DNA of 32,000 nt from an uncultured archaeon (GTDB lineage: Archaea; Iainarchaeota; Iainarchaeia; Iainarchaeales; DATDZZ01): NCBI GenBank assembly GCA_964373795.1, contig CAYJVY010000011.1:13141-45140 (forward strand), given 5' to 3'. Shown here piece by piece: positions 24,869 through 32,000 of the stretch; the stretch's first letter is position 1, and each line of letters begins with the position of its first letter. Made by a program: the position numbers and the translations under genes. Below the pieces are notes generated by a model. The model made no database searches. It was not told the DNA's origin and saw only the letters and a program-made list of their open reading frames with translations.

Positions 24869-27613
24869 ATGAAATTAGAAGAAATAGATACAGCTCTAGT
24901 AATGGTTTTCAAGAAAAAACTAAAAAAATTACAAGAATTCAAAGGACAAGGAACTCAACTAATTTCCCTTTACCTTCCAGAAGACGTTGACAGAAGCTCT
25001 GTAATGAATCAATTAACTGAAGAAATCAGTCAAAGCTCTAATATTAAAAGCCCTCAAACAAGAAAAAACGTTCAAGGAGCTCTAAGAAAAATAATTAATT
25101 TCTTAAAACACATTAACTTTAAACTACCAAAACACGGATTAGTCGTGTTTGCAGGAAACATTGCAGAAGCCGGCAGATCAGACATAATTCTGCAAACCAT
25201 TAACCCAATAAAAGACTTAAGAACAAAACTTTACTGGTGTGATTCAGAATTTCATTTAGCTCCATTAAAAGAAATGATTACTCCAAGCGATGTATATGCA
25301 TTAATTACAATGGATAAAAGAGAAGCAACAATTGCAAGCCTCATAGGAAAAAAATATGAAATAGTTGGACACTACACTTCAAATGTTGCTGGAAAAACAA
25401 GGGCAGGCGGACAATGCCTTTCTCCAGATTCACTAGTTCAATTAAGTAATGGAGAAATACTTCAAATAAAAAACTTACACAACCCATTAACTCTTTCAAG
25501 CTTTGATTTTTCAGAAAATAAATTAAGTCATTCAAAAATTGTTGACAAATGGGAGAACAAAAAACAATTGATTAAAATAATTACAAAAAAACCTCGCACA
25601 GAATTAAATTGTTCTCCAGACCATTTATTTTATGTATTTGAAGACAATAAAGTAATTGAAAAATCAGCAAAAGAACTAAAATTTAATAACAAGTTATTAA
25701 TGCCTGAAAAAATCAAAACAGAGGCAGAAAAAATTTTATTAAAATCAAAGCAATACTTCAATAGTTTCATTTTAACTAGCAAAGGAAGAAAAAAATTAAT
25801 AAATGCAAGGAAAATAAATAACTTAAGCCAAAAACAACTTGCAAACAAAACACAACTAACTCAAACAGCTATATCTTCTATTGAGTTAGGTAAAAGAAAT
25901 TCTAGAAAAAATGTTATAAAAAAGATTTGCAATTCACTTGAAATAAATTTTTTAAATTTTATAAAGCAAAACTGTAAAGAGAATTCAACCCTTAATCTAC
26001 CAAAAGCTATTGATGAAAAACTAGCTAAAATAGTTGGATACTTTTTAGGAGATGGAAACTTTGAAAAAGAAAGAATTAATTTTTCCGAGCAATCAAAAGA
26101 AGTTATTAAAAAATATGCCGAATTAATTAAAAAATATTTTAACTGTAATACATCTTTAAAATTTAGAAAAAATAAAGGATATTATTCTTTAAGAGTCTAT
26201 GGTAAGCCAATAGTTGAATTACTAAAAAATGAATTTCCAGAACTAAAAAAAAGTAAAGATAGCTTAATTCCATCAAAAATATTGAAATGCAATAATACAA
26301 TACTTGCAAATTTTTTGAATGGATTATTTGATGCAGAAGGATTTATTTCAAAAAAAAGAATTGGTTTTGCAGCAAATAACAAGTTATTAGTTCAACAAAT
26401 TCAATTAGCTTTACTTAGGTTTGGAATAATTGCTTCATTACACGAATATAATAACAGAGCCAATAAATACAGCAAAAACCATCGATTCTCTATTGACATA
26501 GCTGAAAAAGAATCAATTAAAATCTTTAAGCAAAATATTGGTTTTACAAATTCACAAAAACAATTCAATCTAGAAAAAGCAATTAAAAGCAAATCAAATA
26601 AAAGCCTCGTTAGACAAATAGTTTTTAATGGAAGCAATATAAGAAAAATAATTGAAAAACATGGATATAATTTACAGTTATTTCCAAAAGTAACAAACTT
26701 TTTTAGAAATGAAAGAAATATGGGTAAAGAGATTTTTAAAAACTCAATATTAAATTATGTCAAAGACAAAAAATTATTTAATGAATTAAAAAAAATATAT
26801 CAATATCCACTTATTCCAGTAAAAGTACATTCAATTGAAAAAACAAATATTCAAACAAAAATGGTTGACATTTCAGTTCAAAATCAAAGCTTTGTTTCAA
26901 ATGGATTATTAGTGCATAATAGCTCTCAACGTTTTGAGCGTTTAAGAGAGGAAGCCGCACACGACTTTTATAAAAGGGTTTCAGAAAGAATGAATGAAAT
27001 ATTTGTTCCAGTTGAAGAAAAACTAAAAGGAGCAATAATTGGAGGCCCTGGAATGACTAAAAATCATTTCCTTGAAAGAGAGTTACTAGATCATAGAATA
27101 AAGAAAAAAATAATTGGAATATTAGATGCATCTTACACTGATGAATCAGGGATAAGAGAATTAATTCAAAAATCAGAAGAACTATTAAGAGACACTGAAT
27201 TAATGAAAGAAAGAACAATAATAAATAAATTCTTGGAAGAAATAGCAAAAAACGGTTTAGCAGCTTATGGACAAAAAGAAGTAGAAGAAGCATTATTAAT
27301 AGGAAAAGTTTCAACACTAGTTTTGTCAGAAGCATTAACTTGGAGTGTATTCAGAGTTGAATGCGAGTCATGCAATAAAATTGAAGACATAATTGTAAAA
27401 GAAATTGAAAAATTTGAATCAAATAAAATTAAATGTTCTTCTTGTAGTTCAAGTCAAATCGAAGTATTAGAAGAAATTGATTACGTTGACTTCATGCTTG
27501 AAAAAGCTCAAAAGATTAGTGCAGAAACAATAATTGTTTCAACTGACACAGATGAAGGAGAACAATTCTTTAAAGGATTTGGCGGCATAGGGGCAATCCT
27601 TCGATACAAATAA
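24869..27613 (+). CDS. prf1: Peptide chain release factor aRF1, intein-containing
   Basis: NIKS motif (SSNIKSPQTRKNV), GGQ motif (KTRAGGQ) separated from SSQRFERLREEAAHDFYKRV by an intein, and a C-terminal domain with a CxxC..CxxC knuckle. The extein is about 412 aa, normal for aRF1. ATG 24869 is preferred over GTG 24857. Confidence 0.9.
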   Translation: MKLEEIDTALVMVFKKKLKKLQEFKGQGTQLISLYLPEDVDRSSVMNQLTEEISQSSNIKSPQTRKNVQGALRKIINFLKHINFKLPKHGLVVFAGNIAEAGRSDIILQTINPIKDLRTKLYWCDSEFHLAPLKEMITPSDVYALITMDKREATIASLIGKKYEIVGHYTSNVAGKTRAGGQCLSPDSLVQLSNGEILQIKNLHNPLTLSSFDFSENKLSHSKIVDKWENKKQLIKIITKKPRTELNCSPDHLFYVFEDNKVIEKSAKELKFNNKLLMPEKIKTEAEKILLKSKQYFNSFILTSKGRKKLINARKINNLSQKQLANKTQLTQTAISSIELGKRNSRKNVIKKICNSLEINFLNFIKQNCKENSTLNLPKAIDEKLAKIVGYFLGDGNFEKERINFSEQSKEVIKKYAELIKKYFNCNTSLKFRKNKGYYSLRVYGKPIVELLKNEFPELKKSKDSLIPSKILKCNNTILANFLNGLFDAEGFISKKRIGFAANNKLLVQQIQLALLRFGIIASLHEYNNRANKYSKNHRFSIDIAEKESIKIFKQNIGFTNSQKQFNLEKAIKSKSNKSLVRQIVFNGSNIRKIIEKHGYNLQLFPKVTNFFRNERNMGKEIFKNSILNYVKDKKLFNELKKIYQYPLIPVKVHSIEKTNIQTKMVDISVQNQSFVSNGLLVHNSSQRFERLREEAAHDFYKRVSERMNEIFVPVEEKLKGAIIGGPGMTKNHFLERELLDHRIKKKIIGILDASYTDESGIRELIQKSEELLRDTELMKERTIINKFLEEIAKNGLAAYGQKEVEEALLIGKVSTLVLSEALTWSVFRVECESCNKIEDIIVKEIEKFESNKIKCSSCSSSQIEVLEEIDYVDFMLEKAQKISAETIIVSTDTDEGEQFFKGFGGIGAILRYK
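25415..26920 (+). mobile_element. Intein (502 aa) with LAGLIDADG endonuclease and an XRE-type HTH, inserted after GGQ of aRF1
   Basis: Begins CLSPDSLVQL, block B NCSPDHLFYV, HTH NLSQKQLANKTQLTQTAISSIELGKRN, LAGLIDADG motifs IVGYFLGDGNF and FLNGLFDAEGFI, and ends NGLLVHN followed by Ser+1. Confidence 0.85.
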
Positions 27614-27616
27614 GGC

Positions 27617-27637
27617 TTTTCTTTTACGAAAAGAAAA
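27617..27637 (+). terminator. Perfect 9-bp hairpin just after the aRF1 stop
   Basis: TTTTCTTTT-acg-AAAAGAAAA lies 4 nt after TAA (27611-27613). The T-rich arm fits archaeal oligo-T termination. The function is inferred. Confidence 0.3.
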
Positions 27638-27666
27638 CCCTGGAAAAGAAAAATATTGGGAATAAA

Positions 27667-28923
27667 ATGCAAGAAAATTTTTTCATTAAAACTCCAGGCA
27701 TTGGAGGAAAAATTAAACGAAGATATTCTGATTTCATAGTAGAAGAAATAACTGCAAACCACGAATGCAAAGTAGAATTTTTTCTTGCAAGCGAAGAAGA
27801 AAAACAAAAATTAAGAGAAAAAATTTCTTGGCCTGCAAAGCCTGAAAATGAAAGAGAAATTAATCAATTAATTCTGGAAATGGAGAAATTCAATTTAGAT
27901 TTAATTCTTGCATTAAAAATAATTGCTCGCTTTATAGGAGTAAGCCAAAAAAGAATTGGATATGCAGGAATTAAAGACAAACGCGGAATAACAAGTCAAT
28001 TAATTTCTATTTGGAATCCAGATTACGAAAAACTAAAACAATTCAAGTCAAGAAGCATTTTCCTCAAACCATTGCAGTGGAGTAATAAAAGAATTGAATT
28101 AGGAGAATTAAATGCAAATAAATTTGAAATAACTATTAGAGAAATTGATTTAGAAAAAAAAGAATTAGAGAAAAGAATTAATGAATGCTTTAATGAATTA
28201 CAAAAAGGGATTCCAAATTATTTCGGCGAACAAAGATTTGGAGGAATAAGGCAAGTAACTCATCTAGTTGGAAAAGAATTCATTAAAGGCAATTTTGAAC
28301 AAGCAATTAAAATGTATTTAACTTTTTCAGTTCCAAAAGAAGAAGAACAAGTAAGAAACGCAAGAAAAAATTTATTTGAATCAAATGATTTTTCTAAAGC
28401 ATTAAAAGAATTCCCTCAAAAATACAGATTTGAAAGAGCAATATTAAATCATTTAACTAAATACCCGAAAGACTTTGTAGGAGCATTCAGAGCTTTGCCA
28501 AAAAAATTAAGATATTTATTTACTCATGCATTTCAAAGCCATTTATTTAACAAAATAATTAAAGAAAGAATTAAACAAGGAATTTCATTAAACGCAATTG
28601 AAGGAGACATTTTAGAAGAAGGCATTCCAACTGCTCCATTAATTGGATTTGATTCAGAATTTGCAGAAGGAGTAATTGGAGAAATAGAAAAAAAAGTTTT
28701 ACAAGAAGAAGAAATTGAATTAAATCAATTCAAAATTAATTCAATGAATGAAATGAGTTCAAAAGGCAGTAGAAAAAAAATTGTTTTAATTCCAGAAAAC
28801 TTAAAATTAATTAACATAGAAGAAGATGAATTTAATGCAGGAAAATTAAAAGCAATTATTTCATTCACTTTAAGCAAAGGAAACTATGCAACAACAGTTT
28901 TACAAGAAATAATGAAAAATTAA
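27667..28923 (+). CDS. truD: tRNA pseudouridine synthase TruD/Pus7 family
   Basis: GIGGKIKRRYSDFIVEEI, IGYAGIKDKRGITSQ (catalytic Asp block), NYFGEQRFG and the overall length. Confidence 0.85.
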   Translation: MQENFFIKTPGIGGKIKRRYSDFIVEEITANHECKVEFFLASEEEKQKLREKISWPAKPENEREINQLILEMEKFNLDLILALKIIARFIGVSQKRIGYAGIKDKRGITSQLISIWNPDYEKLKQFKSRSIFLKPLQWSNKRIELGELNANKFEITIREIDLEKKELEKRINECFNELQKGIPNYFGEQRFGGIRQVTHLVGKEFIKGNFEQAIKMYLTFSVPKEEEQVRNARKNLFESNDFSKALKEFPQKYRFERAILNHLTKYPKDFVGAFRALPKKLRYLFTHAFQSHLFNKIIKERIKQGISLNAIEGDILEEGIPTAPLIGFDSEFAEGVIGEIEKKVLQEEEIELNQFKINSMNEMSSKGSRKKIVLIPENLKLINIEEDEFNAGKLKAIISFTLSKGNYATTVLQEIMKN

Positions 28924-28930
28924 TTTTTAA

Positions 28931-29000
28931 AATTCAGTTACCTGGTGCCTAAAATTCACTGCATTTTTCCCTCTGAAAAAATGAAAACCTGGTGCCTAAA
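28931..29000 (+). repeat. Dispersed repeat, copy 2
   Basis: See copy 1. The 14-mers are at 28940-28953 and 28987-29000. It starts 8 nt after the truD stop and ends 72 nt before the next start codon. Confidence 0.85.
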
Positions 29001-29072
29001 AAGCAAAGCCAAAACACAAATGAAAGATTAATAAATAAATAGAAATTTTATGATATTATTTTAAGTGATTCA

Positions 29073-30029
29073 ATGATTCAAGAAATACTTCTTTTCACAG
29101 GGTTTTTCATTATTTCCTTTGTATGCGTTTTTGTAATAAAAAAAATTAATTTTCAAAAAGGCATTCAAGGAATTGACATTAACAAAGAAGATCAAAAAGT
29201 TTTGCCTGAATCAACTGGAATTGCTTTACTAATTCCATTATTTTTAATTACTCTTTACGAAGTGCTTGTATTAAAAGAATTAAATTTCATTCCATGGATT
29301 TCACTAACAACTGTTTTTGCTTTTGTTGGATTCTTTGACGACACTAGACACAAATTTAAAACAAAAACATTGTCTTGGAGTATTAGAGCAATTCCAATGG
29401 CAATTTCCTCACTTTTATTTGCATACATTTTTTCTTTAGAGCCTGCATGGCTTTGGTTTATTCCACTAGCATTATACATTTCCGGAATTGCATCATATCA
29501 AAACACTTTAGCTGGATTAAACGGATTAGAAATTGGCTCTGGATTCATTATAAGTTTATTCACTTCATTCATTTTATGGAATACTCCAATGAAGTTTGCA
29601 GCAATTGTTTTAAGTGCAGCCATTCTAGGATTGCTTGCATGGAACAAGTTTCCAGCAAAAGTTTTCCCAGGAGACTCAGGAACACTATTAATTGGATCAG
29701 CAACTGCAACTCTTTTCCTGTTAACTAAAAACTTTGAATTAATTTTACTCGGATTTTTACTATACCTTCCTCACATGATTGACTTCTTTATTTTAAAAAC
29801 TCTTACAAGCCAAGGAGACAAAACCCAACAAAAATTTCGCCCATACAAATTACTAAAAGACAACAGACTAGCAATTCCATCTTATCCAGATGGAAAAATA
29901 AGATATGATTTAGCTAAACTAGTAATAAAAATTTTCGGGCCATTAAAAGAATGGCAAATAGTATTAGTGCTATGGGTTGTTGTAATCTTAAATGGATTAA
30001 TAATGCTTTTTTTATTCAAAAAAATCTAA
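29073..30029 (+). CDS. Glycosyltransferase family 4 (MraY/WecA/AglH-like polyprenyl-phosphate HexNAc-1-P transferase)
   Basis: Polytopic membrane protein with FVGFFDDTRH, NGLEIGSG and VFPGDSGTLLIG blocks. Confidence 0.8.
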   Translation: MIQEILLFTGFFIISFVCVFVIKKINFQKGIQGIDINKEDQKVLPESTGIALLIPLFLITLYEVLVLKELNFIPWISLTTVFAFVGFFDDTRHKFKTKTLSWSIRAIPMAISSLLFAYIFSLEPAWLWFIPLALYISGIASYQNTLAGLNGLEIGSGFIISLFTSFILWNTPMKFAAIVLSAAILGLLAWNKFPAKVFPGDSGTLLIGSATATLFLLTKNFELILLGFLLYLPHMIDFFILKTLTSQGDKTQQKFRPYKLLKDNRLAIPSYPDGKIRYDLAKLVIKIFGPLKEWQIVLVLWVVVILNGLIMLFLFKKI

Positions 30030-30030
30030 C

Positions 30031-30179
30031 GCACGCCGTTCAGCCGGCGAGGCTGAGTCAAAAGCCGGCGAGGCTGAGTCAAAAGCCGGCGAAGCTGATG
30101 CAGAGCAGCCGGCGAGGCTGAGTGCTCACGTGAACATCGGCTTAATCGGCCGAACGCCTCGCATCCGCCGGGCGTGACT
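30031..30179. repeat. GC-rich island C with 21-nt tandem repeats
   Basis: AGCCGGCGAGGCTGAGTCAAA occurs at 30042-30062 and 30063-30083 (identical), with degenerate copies starting at 30084 and 30107. The 3' part carries blocks TCACG, TGAAC, TCCGCCGG and GCGTGACT, shared with island A. Confidence 0.8.
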
Positions 30180-30183
30180 GCAA

Positions 30184-31302
30184 CTAGTGAAACTTTATTA
30201 CATAATGACTTCTTCCTAAAACAATGCTGAACAACATGCTTGCAATTGTTGGAATAACTAGTCTCACTACATCAAATGCAATTAATACTGCTCCAATTTC
30301 ACTTAAAGAAAGCATTGTTTTTCCAGCAATTAATGGAAATGAAAGAAAACTATATCCAACTAATTCAACTAATCCAATTCCTCTTGGAAGAAAAGGAGTT
30401 TTTTCAAGCAAAGCAATTAAAACAAATAACACTAAAATAAATTCTAACTGCAAATTAATTCCTAAAGAATAAAAAGTAAAAGTTAAAGCTAAAAACTCTA
30501 AAGCAAATGAAAGAAAGGAAAGAAAAAACACTGCAACAAAATGTCTTTTCTTTACTCTATGCAAGTAAAAAGTGTATTTTTCAAAAAACAATCCTATTTT
30601 GAATATCAATCCTTCAGGTTTTCCAAAGCCTTTAAAAAAATTTGCAATCCTTAAACCAATTGATTTATTTAAAGGCAAGAAAAACATTAACGCAGAAAGC
30701 AATACAACCATAAACCCACTTAACAATCCAAGCAATAAAATTAATTCAATTCCAGTGAAAACAAGTTTAATTAAATAAAAGTATAAAACAAGTGAAGCAA
30801 AAATTGACAGCAATAAAAACTTTGTTCCCTTGTTTACAAGAGAAGCTGCAACAGATTCATTATAACTAATTCCAAAATATTTCTTCAACCTAGTTGACCT
30901 TAAATACTCTGCTCCAAGTTGAATTGGAGTTAAAGACCCAAAAAAAGAAGAAAAACCCACTGCCAACAAGTTCCTATACCTAATAATGTTATGCTTTTTA
31001 ATCAAGTAACCCCATGAAAAAACCCACACAAATATCTCTAAAATAAATAAAATGCTTGCCAAGGCAAAAAAAAACAAATTAATTGAAGTTAAAGAATTAA
31101 AAGCCTCTGTAAGGGATCCAATTACAACAAATAATACAGTTAAAACAATTAGTGAAAGAATTGCTCCTTTTAAATGCTTGTTCACTTTCAAAACCTTGAA
31201 GAAATTAATTAATTTAGATTCAATATTTAAATTTAAGGATTTAAGAATTAGAATCCTTCTTTGAAATTTTTCCAAGTTTTCCTGTTCTAAAAAGCCTGTC
31301 AA
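30184..31302 (-). CDS. Polytopic membrane protein (UPF0104 / lysylphosphatidylglycerol-synthase-TM-like flippase-like family)
   Basis: 372 aa with about 8 TM segments and a basic N-terminal region before TM1. This architecture is typical of the family often found beside glycosyltransferases. The start is uncertain because of a 62-nt overlap with the upstream gene. Confidence 0.45.
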   Translation of the reverse strand: MTGFLEQENLEKFQRRILILKSLNLNIESKLINFFKVLKVNKHLKGAILSLIVLTVLFVVIGSLTEAFNSLTSINLFFFALASILFILEIFVWVFSWGYLIKKHNIIRYRNLLAVGFSSFFGSLTPIQLGAEYLRSTRLKKYFGISYNESVAASLVNKGTKFLLLSIFASLVLYFYLIKLVFTGIELILLLGLLSGFMVVLLSALMFFLPLNKSIGLRIANFFKGFGKPEGLIFKIGLFFEKYTFYLHRVKKRHFVAVFFLSFLSFALEFLALTFTFYSLGINLQLEFILVLFVLIALLEKTPFLPRGIGLVELVGYSFLSFPLIAGKTMLSLSEIGAVLIAFDVVRLVIPTIASMLFSIVLGRSHYVIKFH

Positions 31303-31921
31303 CTAAATCGTTCACGTTTTCAATTTTTTCTGAAGCATCTCCATACATTAAATTCATTACTTGCACTGAAACCCTTTCCACATCCTTTGCTTCCTTTGGA
31401 TAAATTGTTACTTGATTTTTTTGCAACACAACAATTGATTTCTCTAAACCCTTATTAGGGTATTCAACTTTAATTAAAACACTTGTTTCAAGATTTGAAA
31501 ACCTTTCACTACACTCCTCTAAAGACAATTTCACTGCCTTTTTTGGATCACCTAAATTAGTAGTACAAGAAATAAGTTTTTTCTCTGAATCTAATTCTCT
31601 CCACAAGTTTTCCACTCTTTTACTGCTCTGAATGAAAACAACATTAAACACGTTAGCAGAGCCAAGCATTAAAGAATTCACTAAATCTCCTTGCACTAAA
31701 ACAGGCGAAGCAATAAAGCTTTCTTGCTCGCCTAATTCCTTCAAATACTGCGAAGGTTTTTTCAAATCACTTGAAAAAACAATTCCATCAAACTCTTCAT
31801 TAAATTCATACTTTTTAACAGACTTAGTTAAAATAAAACCAGCCACGCCCAAAATTAATACAATTAAAACAACAGCTAAAATCATTGAATAAGATCGCTT
31901 CATTAAAAAACCATTCAACAA
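31241..31921 (-). CDS. Hypothetical N-terminally anchored protein
   Basis: 226-aa ORF with one TM segment (ILAVVLIVLILGVAGFIL) and then a soluble domain. No motif recognised. Confidence 0.5.
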   Translation of the reverse strand: MLNGFLMKRSYSMILAVVLIVLILGVAGFILTKSVKKYEFNEEFDGIVFSSDLKKPSQYLKELGEQESFIASPVLVQGDLVNSLMLGSANVFNVVFIQSSKRVENLWRELDSEKKLISCTTNLGDPKKAVKLSLEECSERFSNLETSVLIKVEYPNKGLEKSIVVLQKNQVTIYPKEAKDVERVSVQVMNLMYGDASEKIENVNDLVDRLFRTGKLGKISKKDSNS

Positions 31922-32000
31922 AAAGAATTTAAATCCAATTTAACCTCCAACAACTATTTAAAGAAAAAGTATTACAAATTTAAATAGTGGTTAAAAAATG

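Noticed and set aside
30042-30125. CRISPR-like interpretation of the 21-nt tandem repeats (and of the 14-nt ACCTGGTGCCTAAA repeats at 22660/22707 and 28940/28987)
   Set aside because: The 21-mers are directly adjacent with no spacers. The 14-mers are too short, occur only twice per locus, and have an identical spacer at both loci. No cas genes are present in the window.
30028-30177. GC island C as a fragment of a horizontally acquired protein gene (AGEAESK heptad repeats)
   Set aside because: It has no start codon in any frame, both strands are stop-free as expected for GC-rich DNA, and the related island A is read on the opposite strand by the HAD gene. Coding potential is therefore unsupported, though it is kept as a side hypothesis via the A7 slippage finding.
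24857-31302. Numerous 60-100 aa antisense or alternative-frame ORFs inside aRF1, the GT4 gene, the 30184..31302 membrane gene and others
   Set aside because: All are nested in longer ORFs with recognisable motifs or coherent TM topology, and their translations are low-complexity.

Overview
Strongly AT-rich archaeal chromosome segment with compact, often overlapping genes. The gene content is archaeal informational and housekeeping: uL16/L10e, fibrillarin plus Nop5, aRF1, archaeal-type GlyRS, Dph2, TruD/Pus7, Mre11, a beta-CASP RNase, UMP kinase and PEP synthase. With an intron-containing tRNA and GGTGA/GGAGG ribosome-binding sites, this fits a small-genome (DPANN-like) archaeon; that lineage call is inference only. 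I call about 35 protein genes, 2 tRNAs (Cys-GCA; Lys-CUU with a non-canonically placed intron), 1 toxin pseudogene, and no rRNA, CRISPR array or transposase. Two essential genes carry large LAGLIDADG inteins: PEP synthase (520 aa, Ser-1, with an extra zinc ribbon) and aRF1 (502 aa, inserted directly after the catalytic GGQ, with an XRE-type HTH). The most unexplained signals are non-coding. (1) Three GC-rich islands (4103-4153, 5737-5802, 30031-30179) share ordered sequence blocks, and the largest holds 21-nt tandem repeats between two convergent stop codons. (2) A 62-70 bp repeat occurs at two loci 6.3 kb apart (22651-22720, 28931-29000), each built from two copies of ACCTGGTGCCTAAA around an identical spacer. 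Other observations: palindromic operator pairs upstream of two regulators, two plausible genes with no canonical start codon, a ThiI-like protein with a destroyed PP-loop, a Nop5 apparently lacking its N-terminal domain, and K/E-rich extensions in uL16 and PpsA. All product calls rest on motifs read by eye, and no database search was possible.
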